From IMG/VR virus record IMGVR_UViG_3300025276_000133, positions 1 through 30,877 of that record: 30,877 bases of DNA. One strand, given 5' to 3'. The notes under the pieces were generated by a model. That model made no database searches, was not told where the DNA came from, and saw only the letters and a list, made by a program, of their open reading frames with translations. Shown here in pieces: positions 7,835 to 17,195 of the stretch. A program made the position numbers and the translations under genes. Every line of letters begins with the position of its first letter. Position 1 is the stretch's first letter. The DNA is from a virus. Taxonomy: Duplodnaviria; Caudoviricetes.

Positions 7835-9824
7835 AAAATAATTTTAATTGATTATTATTAATTGTAATTATACTGTTAATTTCAGATTCAATAGCTTTTA
7901 AATAATAAGATTTATTTAAATCATAGCTTTCCCATTTGGGCTCTACGTTCATCTTATTAAATATTGTTTGTAACCATTTACCTGATTCTAATTGTATTTC
8001 TCTACTATCAGTTTTATTAACTTTTATAACTTTCTTACCTTTTGTAGAAATAAAATATCTATTTATCTTTTGTAATTCATCTTCTACAAGAGTCCCATCA
8101 TCCAAATATCTAGCTACTTGTTTCCAATCACCTTTTGATTTACTACCTATACAGTAATCTAATATGTTTTTATTTTTATCCAGGTAGTCTTCTGGTAACA
8201 TATTGTGTACAAAATAATAATATATAGCTTTTGGTATAACTAATTTAGATTTGTTTTTATGTAATTGTAATTCATGAAAATCAAAACGTCCTTTTAACTT
8301 AACAGGTGCAAAGCTAAATTTATCTTTATCTACTTTAAATATATAATGAGGCTGTTTTTCTTTCAGCTCTCTCCATTTAGTTATGTTTACATCAATGAAG
8401 TTATTTACACCAATATAATTATTTACATCAGCAAGTACCAATTTTTGGTATTCATCATGTTCTAGATTTAGATTTGTTTTTTGTTCCCACTCTTCACATA
8501 TTTCCATATAAAGACCAATATACTCTCTAGGTATTATAGTTTCCACACCGTCAGTATTTTGTAATAAGGCTACAGCATTTGGTATTCTTTCCATAATTTG
8601 CTCATATAACATCATAAGAGTCAACTGACCATTAATAGTTATTTTACAAAACAATTCAGGATCATAAAAGAAACTGTTTTCATCATTACTAAGGCCAAAC
8701 GTTGAGTTAAGTATAATCTTATATACATAATTCATTGGATTGCTCTTAGGGATCTTCTTACGCTCTGTAAAGAACCATTCATATTGATTACAGAATTCAT
8801 CTATAGGGAAGTGTCCTGGTGACCATTGATTCTTTATAGCTAGGTTAGGATAATAACTAGTAACATCTGACGACATTATAACCATATCTTCTGTACTCTC
8901 ATATACACCTTTCTTAGCTGCACCATGAACACCACCTGTACCAAAGTAAGTAGTAACACCTTTATAGTTTACATTATATTTAAAGCTACCTTTTAAACTA
9001 GCAGAGTCTATCTCTAGAGTCTTAAATCTTTTATGTAAAGTTTTAAATTCTTCTGAGGTAAACGATACATAAGGCAATATGATATCATTAACTTTAATTG
9101 TATCTCTATATGTTCTCATCTTTCTTAAATCTCTCTTAGGAATATTTAAGTTTTTAGATAAATAATAACCAAATATTTCTTTACTAATTCTAGGTTCAGA
9201 AGCACTAAACATATTTATATTATATGTTTTTGTAAGTTCTTTTCTTAAACCTATCTGAGATTTGGATCTATTGTATATCTCTTTAGTAGACTTAACATCA
9301 TTAATACAATACTCAAGGATAATATCAATCTCTTCTTGTGTATTTATCTCTGTCTCATGATGAATAGGCATATCAAGAATGTTTTCCCAATCCATACTAT
9401 ACTGTATCCACTTTAGACTTGAGCGCTTAGCAGGGTTATCCCAGTGATGAAGTTTAAAAACATCAATTTGTCCAATCTTCATTTTCCATTGTGGGTAATC
9501 ACTAAACTCTTTAGCATTAGATTTTTGAATACAACGTTGAGCATACTTATAAACAATATTAGCAATTTCACAACCACTAAGATTTGACCAATTTTTATGG
9601 TTATCTAACATATAATGAGTGACTTGGCCATCAAAAGCTAATCCGTTATAGGATATATGCCACTCTTTGTTTTTGCAGTTATCTTCTAAGAAATTTATAA
9701 AACTATCTAAATCATTACGTAGGTCATGAACAACAAAGATTTTAGTTTCTGTAGTCTTATAGTGTTCAAACACCCCGGTAAAGCAATTAGATAAAGTTTC
9801 ATAATCCATTACCCAATGTTTCAT
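7833..9824 (-). CDS. polB: DNA polymerase, family B, with 3'-5' exonuclease domain
   Basis: ExoI DYE, ExoII YNGLAFD, ExoIII YCIND; polymerase motifs DVTSYYP, KIILNSTFG and NTDG. Confidence 0.93.
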   Translation of the reverse strand: MKHWVMDYETLSNCFTGVFEHYKTTETKIFVVHDLRNDLDSFINFLEDNCKNKEWHISYNGLAFDGQVTHYMLDNHKNWSNLSGCEIANIVYKYAQRCIQKSNAKEFSDYPQWKMKIGQIDVFKLHHWDNPAKRSSLKWIQYSMDWENILDMPIHHETEINTQEEIDIILEYCINDVKSTKEIYNRSKSQIGLRKELTKTYNINMFSASEPRISKEIFGYYLSKNLNIPKRDLRKMRTYRDTIKVNDIILPYVSFTSEEFKTLHKRFKTLEIDSASLKGSFKYNVNYKGVTTYFGTGGVHGAAKKGVYESTEDMVIMSSDVTSYYPNLAIKNQWSPGHFPIDEFCNQYEWFFTERKKIPKSNPMNYVYKIILNSTFGLSNDENSFFYDPELFCKITINGQLTLMMLYEQIMERIPNAVALLQNTDGVETIIPREYIGLYMEICEEWEQKTNLNLEHDEYQKLVLADVNNYIGVNNFIDVNITKWRELKEKQPHYIFKVDKDKFSFAPVKLKGRFDFHELQLHKNKSKLVIPKAIYYYFVHNMLPEDYLDKNKNILDYCIGSKSKGDWKQVARYLDDGTLVEDELQKINRYFISTKGKKVIKVNKTDSREIQLESGKWLQTIFNKMNVEPKWESYDLNKSYYLKAIESEINSIITINNNQLKLF

Positions 9825-9970
9825 TCTTTTTCTTTTTTAAGTTTTTCTGTAAATGCCCATAATGTTCTGGGTGTTATTCCTAAAGCTTTAGCTGCTTCTT
9901 TAAAAGTTTTATGTTTTTTGAGAGCTTTGGACATTATCCTCTCCCTCATTTGAAGTATTGTTTCCATCAT
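9821..9970 (-). CDS. Fis/NtrC-type (HTH_8) stand-alone DNA-binding protein, 49 aa
   Basis: Not in the ORF track; MMETILQMRERIMSKALKKHKTFKEAAKALGITPRTLWAFTEKLKKEKE; AL......EAAKALGI...TL signature; its stop overlaps the polB ATG (ATGA). Confidence 0.75.
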   Translation of the reverse strand: MMETILQMRERIMSKALKKHKTFKEAAKALGITPRTLWAFTEKLKKEKE

Positions 9971-10238
9971 TATAGTTTTTAATTGCTACTTCTTTAGCAT
10001 CCACTAGTAAGTCCATGATACAATCATAGATACTTTCTACAGCTTTTATTTGGTCTGTGTCTAAAGATTTATTAATCTCTTTATCATATCTATCAATAGC
10101 TTGAATTACTTGTTTAGCTCTGTATTTAGCTTTATGTTTATGTAGAAATTGCAAATTATGTGCAGTTTCAGCCATGCATTTATTTAATGCAAATAATATA
10201 TTTACTTCTAATGATTCTTCTGCGCTTAGTTCAGCCAT
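9909..10238 (-). CDS. Hypothetical helical protein
   Basis: The track start (10259) lies in the terminator T-tract; the ATG at 10238 (MAELSAEE) has an A-rich leader. Confidence 0.7.
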   Translation of the reverse strand: MAELSAEESLEVNILFALNKCMAETAHNLQFLHKHKAKYRAKQVIQAIDRYDKEINKSLDTDQIKAVESIYDCIMDLLVDAKEVAIKNYNDGNNTSNEGEDNVQSSQKT

Positions 10239-10257
10239 ATTATTATTTATTAGTGCC

Positions 10258-10283
10258 AAAAAAAGCCCAAATCAATGGGCTTT
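10258..10283 (-). terminator. Rho-independent terminator
   Basis: Minus strand reads AAAGCCCA-TTGATT-TGGGCTTTTTTT, downstream of 10313-10732. Confidence 0.7.
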
Positions 10284-10312
10284 CCTTTTAAGTCAATAGA
10301 GTCAACCAAGAA

Positions 10313-10732
10313 CTATTGACCAGGTAATATAATTTTGGAAGTTTTGGTTTCTTTTACATCAACGCTTAAGAATGAATTATAATCAAATTGTTCTGCATTC
10401 ACTGCAAACATATTAATAAACAATTCAATATCATTTTTGTCTTGTAAGTAAAACTCTGAAAAAGTATCAACAAGTCTTCTCTCCTCTTTAACAGTTTTAC
10501 CTGTTTGTTGATTAGGAGTTTTTAATCTTACAGGTTGACCTGATTCATCTAGTTTTGGTACCATGTGGTATGATTGTTTCATAACCTTACTGATAACTGC
10601 TAACACGCTTGATGATGGATCAAACATAGCTTCTACATATGGTGAGTCACTGCTCACTGGGATAAGTGTAAATGATTTTGCATTTCTGAATGCTGAGTTT
10701 ACCAGCATCATATTCTGTCCTATTTGTGCCAT
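10313..10732 (-). CDS. Hypothetical protein (apparently monocistronic unit)
   Basis: 139-aa ORF flanked by a -7 promoter box and a terminator. Confidence 0.85.
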   Translation of the reverse strand: MAQIGQNMMLVNSAFRNAKSFTLIPVSSDSPYVEAMFDPSSSVLAVISKVMKQSYHMVPKLDESGQPVRLKTPNQQTGKTVKEERRLVDTFSEFYLQDKNDIELFINMFAVNAEQFDYNSFLSVDVKETKTSKIILPGQ

Positions 10733-10745
10733 TGGTTTTGTATAT

Positions 10746-11321
10746 TTATTTAATCAAAGATATGGAACTTTTTTTTAATAGTTCATAAATAATTTGACTA
10801 TTATTAATTAAAGTTTCCTTTTCAATATTAGGTGGGTCACATACTTCATATATGTTTTTAATTAGTTCTATGTCAACACCTAAAACGTTTGCATATTTAT
10901 CATGCACATTTTCTGGTGATAAAAACCCATCAACATATGAAGATATCTTTTCTTGTGTAGAGAAGAAGTCTAATATATCAATCTTACTGTTTAATGAGAA
11001 TTTTGAATAACTACCTACTATAAATCTACTAAAGTCAGACATAATAGGAGAAAAATCAAATATAAATAAATGTTTATTTTTATTTAACTCAATATAATCT
11101 TCAAATAATTTATGACTATGCAAATAATTATAAGCAAATTTTTTAAAATCTGAAGTCATTTTAGTACTGTATTCACAAAAGAATTTATTATGTTCTATTG
11201 AGTAAACATTTTCCCATGCAATATAAGTTTGCACAGGAACATGTGTTACGCCTTTCCTAATCTTTAATAAAGGATATAGAAAGACCTTACTCTTTTGAAA
11301 ATATTCAGTGTATACACCCAT
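10746..11321 (-). CDS. Hypothetical protein
   Basis: 191-aa ORF starting 1 nt after the nuclease stop. Confidence 0.8.
   Translation of the reverse strand: MGVYTEYFQKSKVFLYPLLKIRKGVTHVPVQTYIAWENVYSIEHNKFFCEYSTKMTSDFKKFAYNYLHSHKLFEDYIELNKNKHLFIFDFSPIMSDFSRFIVGSYSKFSLNSKIDILDFFSTQEKISSYVDGFLSPENVHDKYANVLGVDIELIKNIYEVCDPPNIEKETLINNSQIIYELLKKSSISLIK
10755..10762 (-). promoter_or_regulatory. Bacteroidota -7 promoter box TATCTTTG
   Basis: Exact TAnnTTTG 22 nt upstream of the 10732 ATG; no clear -33 element. Confidence 0.55.
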
Positions 11322-11322
11322 A

Positions 11323-12309
11323 CTATAATTTAATCTTATTAACTAAGAAATCATAGGGTAAGCTGTAATCTTCAGAATCCCAATGGTGTTTGGCTGTTTT
11401 TAAAGCACCACTAAGGCCAGAAGCCCAGGCGGATAGAGATTCAGTAGATACCTCAAATACATAGACTTGTTTATAAACATCTATAACAACAAAATTAAAA
11501 GTGATGCTATATTCATCTTTATCATCCCCTAGAGAATCATATACTAATTTAGAATATATAGCTGCTTGTAACCAATAATTATAAAAGTCAACTGTCTCTC
11601 TAAAATCTGCAACAGTTTTCCCTGTGGTTTTTAAATCACATATTACAACTTGTTTTTTGTCTGTATCTATTGTATAATGATCTACGTAGCCATGTAAACC
11701 AAAAGGATAATCATCAAGTTCAGTTTTTAAATACTTTTCACTAAATGATTCAAAAGGATCTAGATCAAAATCTGTTTGAACTTGTTCAAATAAATTCATT
11801 ACATCTTTATTTTCCTTTATAACAGATGCTTTATCTTCACATTTTCTTAATGTGTCTTGATCAATAACATCAACGTTACTATTGCTTAAGAATTCCCAGT
11901 AAGGTGCATGATCTTCTTTTATAATCTTAGCTATTCTTGCCTCATCTGCTTTAAGAGATTGATATAAGTTCATATCTCTAAGAGAATCTAGCACCACATC
12001 ATCTTCTACATCTGCTAACTTTCTTTTATTTGTATTTAAAGACATGACTTTTAATACCTTTCTAACACTATCTGATGGTGCTTTACCGGGTACAATGTTA
12101 AACTTTTTATCTAAGTTCTCAGGTTCAAACACTAAACAATGTACAAGCTTACCTTCTACTAAATGCTTATCTGTTCTAATCTCTTTGTCTAATAATATAT
12201 AGTCCTTGTAAAACAAGGATGGTGAAAATAATAATTTATTAAGAGAAGAATAGCTAAACCTAAAGGGCTTAGCATAAAATTCTCTTTCTTTTTGTGTGTC
12301 TCTATTCAT
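11323..12309 (-). CDS. PD-(D/E)XK exonuclease (RecE/ExoVIII-like)
   Basis: FSYSSL, GKLVHCLVFEP, GYVD...ICDLKT and YWLQAAIY motifs. Confidence 0.88.
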   Translation of the reverse strand: MNRDTQKEREFYAKPFRFSYSSLNKLLFSPSLFYKDYILLDKEIRTDKHLVEGKLVHCLVFEPENLDKKFNIVPGKAPSDSVRKVLKVMSLNTNKRKLADVEDDVVLDSLRDMNLYQSLKADEARIAKIIKEDHAPYWEFLSNSNVDVIDQDTLRKCEDKASVIKENKDVMNLFEQVQTDFDLDPFESFSEKYLKTELDDYPFGLHGYVDHYTIDTDKKQVVICDLKTTGKTVADFRETVDFYNYWLQAAIYSKLVYDSLGDDKDEYSITFNFVVIDVYKQVYVFEVSTESLSAWASGLSGALKTAKHHWDSEDYSLPYDFLVNKIKL

Positions 12310-13405
12310 CTATATGTTGTTGCATTTCTTCTTTTATATTTAAACAATCAATTGGCATTTTAAATACATCTGAACTATCTCCAATAATACTACCTAGTAT
12401 ATTATTATATAAACGTTCTCTTGTTTTATTCAAAACAAAGGTAGTTAATTTTCCATCTTCTATCAAGAATTGTATATATCTATTATATGAAAATATCCCT
12501 TCACTTATACCGCCTTCATATTTTTTCATTCTTTTTCTGAATGTTTTAATATTAACCGATTGCCAATTAGAGGAATCCTTAAACCATTCATAATACCAAT
12601 AGTATAAGTAGCTTACTACATTGTATGATTTGCTTATATTACAATTTGCAAGCATCTCTACTGCTAATGATCTAGTACCTACATCTGCTGATGTAAGCAT
12701 TTCTTTTATATTTTTAAATTGATCATCATTTATTATAGCAAGATCTTGATCTATAATATCAGATACATCAGTATCAAAAATAATTTTGTCTGTATGTTCT
12801 ATAATAGAATCTATTTCAGCAACCATTTCTTTTTTTATATATACTAATCTTCCTTTGTCATCAGGAAATATAAACTCTGTTAATTGAAGTCTAGTTTGTG
12901 TATTATAATGCCAGGGCTTTTTTATTATTATTCTACAGTCTTTAGGTAATCCTTCTACTATTTCTTTTACTCTGGTATACCCACTTTCTGATAAATATTG
13001 TTTATCTACAAGATGTTTAAAGAATTTAAAAACAATTGGAAATTCATGAGATGTATCCCAACTCATATCAAATTGACTTTCTAAAAATTTTGTTGATACA
13101 ACTCTATAGTCAGCATCATTTATTTTTCTTGTAACTTTTAAATTATACTTTTCTTTTAATAAGTCAACTTTTTGTGTTGGTAATGTTAACTTAGGATATC
13201 TATATATTTTTTTATCTTGAAGATCTATTTTGTGACCTGTTTCTGGTAATAAATATTCTCTAATAAAAGATTTATTTATACTCCATCCTGTACTTTCTCC
13301 AACAAAATTTCCTAATTCTGTTACAGTAAAAGCTGTACTAGTAAACTTTCCATTAGAAACATTCTCTGGATCTGCACTTAATGCTATTTTATATATTTTT
13401 TTCAT
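12302..13405 (-). CDS. Hypothetical protein, paralog B of the MoxR/vWA-associated family
   Basis: 367 aa; shares two motif blocks with 13410-14450 and one with 16893-17195. Confidence 0.85.
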   Translation of the reverse strand: MKKIYKIALSADPENVSNGKFTSTAFTVTELGNFVGESTGWSINKSFIREYLLPETGHKIDLQDKKIYRYPKLTLPTQKVDLLKEKYNLKVTRKINDADYRVVSTKFLESQFDMSWDTSHEFPIVFKFFKHLVDKQYLSESGYTRVKEIVEGLPKDCRIIIKKPWHYNTQTRLQLTEFIFPDDKGRLVYIKKEMVAEIDSIIEHTDKIIFDTDVSDIIDQDLAIINDDQFKNIKEMLTSADVGTRSLAVEMLANCNISKSYNVVSYLYYWYYEWFKDSSNWQSVNIKTFRKRMKKYEGGISEGIFSYNRYIQFLIEDGKLTTFVLNKTRERLYNNILGSIIGDSSDVFKMPIDCLNIKEEMQQHIDE

Positions 13406-13409
13406 TTCT

Positions 13410-14450
13410 TTATTTTAAATATTGTTGGTATTCTTTCTTCACAGACACTTTAAATGTATAAAGGTCTCTGTTATGTATACTAATCTCTTGTCTTACTATA
13501 GGTTCTAGATATCTGAATGTTGTTTTACACAATTTTTCATTTTCTTCTAACCATAGTATCATCTCCTGAGCATTTCTTCTGCTAAAGCAACTAAAATTAG
13601 AAGTTTGAATCCAGTACTGTAGATCTTTATCTCTATTGTCTGCATATGTTATTTGATCACAATCATGTGCAAACTGCCATAGTAAATGATAGTTTGATTT
13701 ATAACATATAGTTGGGATAACTTTAAGTGCTAAAGCTTTATCATCACCATATGCAGCAAGTTGACTCTTTAGAGTTAATAATAATTCTTCATCCATGACT
13801 ATTTTATTAGCAGACGAATGAAGAACTGCCTCAACACCAACTACACTAAGATCTGTAGTTTCAATTAAATGAGAAAGATTAACAGCCATACCAGTAAGCA
13901 TCCACACATCATATAAACTATCATTCATGGTAATATCATAATATCTTACTTGATCTGTAATTTTAGGTGTTACAATACATTCTATTTTTGAAGCATCAAT
14001 ACGATTTAAAATGTGACTACTGCCTGCTGATTCTCCTATAGTAGTTTCATAATTCCATAATTTTGACATCATAAGAGTACTGGGAATATTATCACCATCA
14101 GCACATCTAGATTCTGGTTCAATATTATCATGACCTACTATTAAATCTGCTAATTCATAGTTATTAGTTACAGTTATACCGTGCTCTTTAAGAGCAGCTT
14201 TTAATCTATCTTGTGATACGTCACATCTAGGTAATATAAAAGCTTTCTTTTTAGTTTTAAAAGTCTGTTCATCTTCTGTAGGAACAGTTAATATGCTGTT
14301 GATTTTATCATAAGTTGTTTGGTCTTGAGTACATAATACTACATCAATACTATTTGAAGAAGAAACCAACCCGTAATACGGGTCAGCTTCCAATCCAAAG
14401 TATGTAATAGCATCATTGTTAAAACCACTATATACTGATTTATTTGCCAT
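13410..14450 (-). CDS. Hypothetical protein, paralog A of the MoxR/vWA-associated family
   Basis: 346 aa; KKAFILPR...LKEHGITVT...ADLIV block and the C-terminal helical block shared with its neighbours. Confidence 0.85.
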   Translation of the reverse strand: MANKSVYSGFNNDAITYFGLEADPYYGLVSSSNSIDVVLCTQDQTTYDKINSILTVPTEDEQTFKTKKKAFILPRCDVSQDRLKAALKEHGITVTNNYELADLIVGHDNIEPESRCADGDNIPSTLMMSKLWNYETTIGESAGSSHILNRIDASKIECIVTPKITDQVRYYDITMNDSLYDVWMLTGMAVNLSHLIETTDLSVVGVEAVLHSSANKIVMDEELLLTLKSQLAAYGDDKALALKVIPTICYKSNYHLLWQFAHDCDQITYADNRDKDLQYWIQTSNFSCFSRRNAQEMILWLEENEKLCKTTFRYLEPIVRQEISIHNRDLYTFKVSVKKEYQQYLK

Positions 14451-14454
14451 AATC

Positions 14455-15726
14455 TTATTTCATTGTCATTTTAATGATATCTGGAATCATCATTAGTTTG
14501 TTAAACTTCTTTTTATTACCATTGAAGATTGTTCTTACTATTAAATACTTAAGATCATTTGTAAAATAATCTTTTGTACATAGAGAAGTAAGTCTATCAG
14601 TTTGCTTCTGTCCAATAGTATTTTCTTTAGAATATACTATAGCATAGTTACCAAGCCTTGTTGCTAATGTAGCAGCAATATCTGCACGGTATGTGTCATC
14701 TTGACCAATACAAGATCTAAGTTCACCAAGAATATATGACTCATTATCATGTGTCAATAAATCCTTTGGACTTACTAATTTATCTAGCTTATTATTAATG
14801 AAGGTTGTAAACATAGATGCAAATTCATCACCTACACTACCTTCACCAATCATCTGAATCATACTAAGGTTATCTTCAAAGTTATCATAGCTTGATATTG
14901 CATTAAAGAAAGTTGTAATTGATCTTGCATTAGTTTGTTGAGTTACTAGTTCTGGGTGTAGTAACAAGAAGTTAATACATCTTGAATCTATACCTGCACC
15001 TTCTGCCCACTCAGCCCATACATTAACATCAAACTTAAGATTAGCAGTTACATATCTAGTCTTCTGTGCACTATCTACACTGTTAACCATATAGTCACCA
15101 TTATCCGGGTTAGCTGTTAATATAATATGCCAGTCTTTAGGAAGAGTCCAAGAGATATACGTTTGTCTATCTATCAATTCCATAACTGCTTGGATAAATC
15201 TTGTATCAGCACGGTTCCAGTCATCTAGTAATAAGATACCACCGGCCTTTGCATCAGCAATCCATTCAGGTGCACAATAAGACATTCTATTCTTACCGGT
15301 CATCTTATATCCATTCTTTAGATATTCTTGTACAGCCAGTTCATCTACCCACATACCAACTTTTTTGGTAGTTGTAGTAGGCATATTAGCAAGACTTGAG
15401 CTACCTGCTCTTTGCACTGCACTTACCATAGACAAATCATCTATACTTTTTGCTGGTATAGTTTTTTCTTTATACATCTGAAATTGACGTACAGGAAAAC
15501 CAACTAAATCACCCAACTCTTCTATCTGTGCTAAGTTTAATTTTACAAATTTTAAATTATTATCTTGTGCTAATTCAACTATGGTAGATGTTTTACCAAT
15601 ACCTGATTCACCTACAACTTCTACTGATACAGAGTTTTTACCCTGATCTTGTAGAAATCTATTGTTCTTTATTATATGATTTACAAAACCTTTTAACTCT
15701 GTTACATTTAAATTTACTTGTGCCAT
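14455..15726 (-). CDS. MoxR-like / dynein-related AAA+ ATPase
   Basis: Walker A GESGIGKT, Walker B LLLDDWNRA, sensor-1 LTAN, Arg-finger region DSAQKTR; adjacent to a vWA gene. Confidence 0.9.
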   Translation of the reverse strand: MAQVNLNVTELKGFVNHIIKNNRFLQDQGKNSVSVEVVGESGIGKTSTIVELAQDNNLKFVKLNLAQIEELGDLVGFPVRQFQMYKEKTIPAKSIDDLSMVSAVQRAGSSSLANMPTTTTKKVGMWVDELAVQEYLKNGYKMTGKNRMSYCAPEWIADAKAGGILLLDDWNRADTRFIQAVMELIDRQTYISWTLPKDWHIILTANPDNGDYMVNSVDSAQKTRYVTANLKFDVNVWAEWAEGAGIDSRCINFLLLHPELVTQQTNARSITTFFNAISSYDNFEDNLSMIQMIGEGSVGDEFASMFTTFINNKLDKLVSPKDLLTHDNESYILGELRSCIGQDDTYRADIAATLATRLGNYAIVYSKENTIGQKQTDRLTSLCTKDYFTNDLKYLIVRTIFNGNKKKFNKLMMIPDIIKMTMK

Positions 15727-15732
15727 TTTCTA

Positions 15733-16896
15733 TTAATTTAATTTAATTACTTGTCCTGGTAACTCATCATTCATATCAGATATACTGCTTAAACACCATA
15801 GGGTGTTCTTTGGGCAATCTTCTGGAGGATATGCTTCACCATCTGTTAAATATACAAGAGCTGTATAAGCCCCTTTCTTTTTATTAAAGTGGTCAATAAC
15901 TGGTTGGAACGATGTCCCACCACGACCATGTATTTCCCAATCTTTTTTAGGATTGAATTCTTCTACTGTTCTCAAACTAGTATCACACTGTGCTACTGTA
16001 ATTTTATGGCCAGTCTTAACCATATGTGCTAATTCATTAAAGAATTCTTTTAGCTCTTCATTATTTACAGATCCACTTGTATCAACACCAACAAGGATAT
16101 GATTCTTAAACTTGATTTTAAGGCCAGGATTAGCAGCATACCGTTTGTTATATTTACGTCTAAGTTTCTTGGTATATACTATACTAGAATTACCCACAAA
16201 CCTTTTTAAATAACTTTTCCAATCAAATTTAGGTGGTTCAATATGAGTTAGCCTATGGATAAGCTCAGCTAGTTCACCCGGGATAGAGCCACATCTTTTC
16301 TCTGTCTGTTCTGCAGTATCTTTTAACTGATGCTCAATTTGTTTTTGCATTAGTTTTTTATCTGCTTCCGGCATATCATTTAACTCATCCCATGTACTAT
16401 GACAATACTGTGAATTTCCATCCATATTTTGCATTAAATTATCTAATGCAGGACAGCTCCCACTTTGTTGTGCTTGTTCTAAAAGCTCATAATACTTTTT
16501 AGTACCTGCTTTTGTTGGAAGATTTAATTCAGGAAAACTACTTAACAACAATCCACCCGTGGGTAGCTTGCTTTCCAGTATGTACTGGTTTATCTCTAGA
16601 TCTGCAGCTATATTAAATAACTTATGATCTGAATATAGATCTCTTAAAATAAGATGGCCAAATGCAATATGTAAAAGCTCATGTTTTATTAATCCAAATC
16701 TATGATCTTCACTGAGGTTTATATAAAAATCAGGGTTTATACTCAATTGTATGCCAATACCATGTTTACTTACTCCTGCTGTAGGAACAGTATCTGTGTA
16801 TTGCTTATTGATACCAATTAAAAAGAGCCCGTAAAAGGGCTCTGTAAATATTAAACTTTTGGTTGTCCTTGCAACCTGGTCTTGTATATTTATCAT
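15733..16896 (-). CDS. Metallopeptidase (HExxH) plus vWA-domain protein (DUF2201-like)
   Basis: HELLH, NIAADLEINQ, MIDAS VDTSGS, GRGGTSF and YLTDG motifs. Confidence 0.9.
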   Translation of the reverse strand: MINIQDQVARTTKSLIFTEPFYGLFLIGINKQYTDTVPTAGVSKHGIGIQLSINPDFYINLSEDHRFGLIKHELLHIAFGHLILRDLYSDHKLFNIAADLEINQYILESKLPTGGLLLSSFPELNLPTKAGTKKYYELLEQAQQSGSCPALDNLMQNMDGNSQYCHSTWDELNDMPEADKKLMQKQIEHQLKDTAEQTEKRCGSIPGELAELIHRLTHIEPPKFDWKSYLKRFVGNSSIVYTKKLRRKYNKRYAANPGLKIKFKNHILVGVDTSGSVNNEELKEFFNELAHMVKTGHKITVAQCDTSLRTVEEFNPKKDWEIHGRGGTSFQPVIDHFNKKKGAYTALVYLTDGEAYPPEDCPKNTLWCLSSISDMNDELPGQVIKLN

Positions 16897-17195
16897 TCTT
16901 TATTATTTATTATTGTTTCCAATATATTAATATATATATTTTGTGCAACACTGGGTTTAATAAAAGTATATATGTTTTTAGTATATAGACTATCTATATT
17001 TATTTTCATTTTTATAGCATCTATAAAATATTTTCTGCTACTAAACATAAGTGCTTTACACATTAATAAATCTAAGACATCTTTGTCTTCAAAATTACTA
17101 TTGTTATAGACCTCGCATGCCATAGCTTGATCATCTGGTAAGCCATTAAACATGTTTACCAACTTAAAAAACTCTTCTGAGGTTATAATATTCAT
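16893..17195 (-). CDS. Small protein consisting mainly of the helical domain shared with paralogs A and B
   Basis: N-terminus IITSEEFFKLVNMF...DDQAMACEVYNNSN aligns by eye with the C-terminal blocks of 12302 and 13410; ATGA coupling on both sides. Confidence 0.75.
   Translation of the reverse strand: MNIITSEEFFKLVNMFNGLPDDQAMACEVYNNSNFEDKDVLDLLMCKALMFSSRKYFIDAIKMKINIDSLYTKNIYTFIKPSVAQNIYINILETIINNKE

Noticed and set aside
7833-9824. Intein or intron in polB, or a polymerase adapted to modified bases (NSTFG instead of NSxYG)
   Set aside because: The ORF is compact and continuous, and Y to F is conservative. No base-modification genes are in the window, and an intact ung argues against uracil-DNA.
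10239-10259. Track start of ORF 9909-10259
   Set aside because: The TTG lies in the terminator T-tract; the ATG at 10238 has a better leader.
11323-12309. Cas4 / CRISPR association of the PD-(D/E)XK nuclease
   Set aside because: No four-Cys Fe-S cluster pattern, no repeat-spacer array and no other cas genes were seen.
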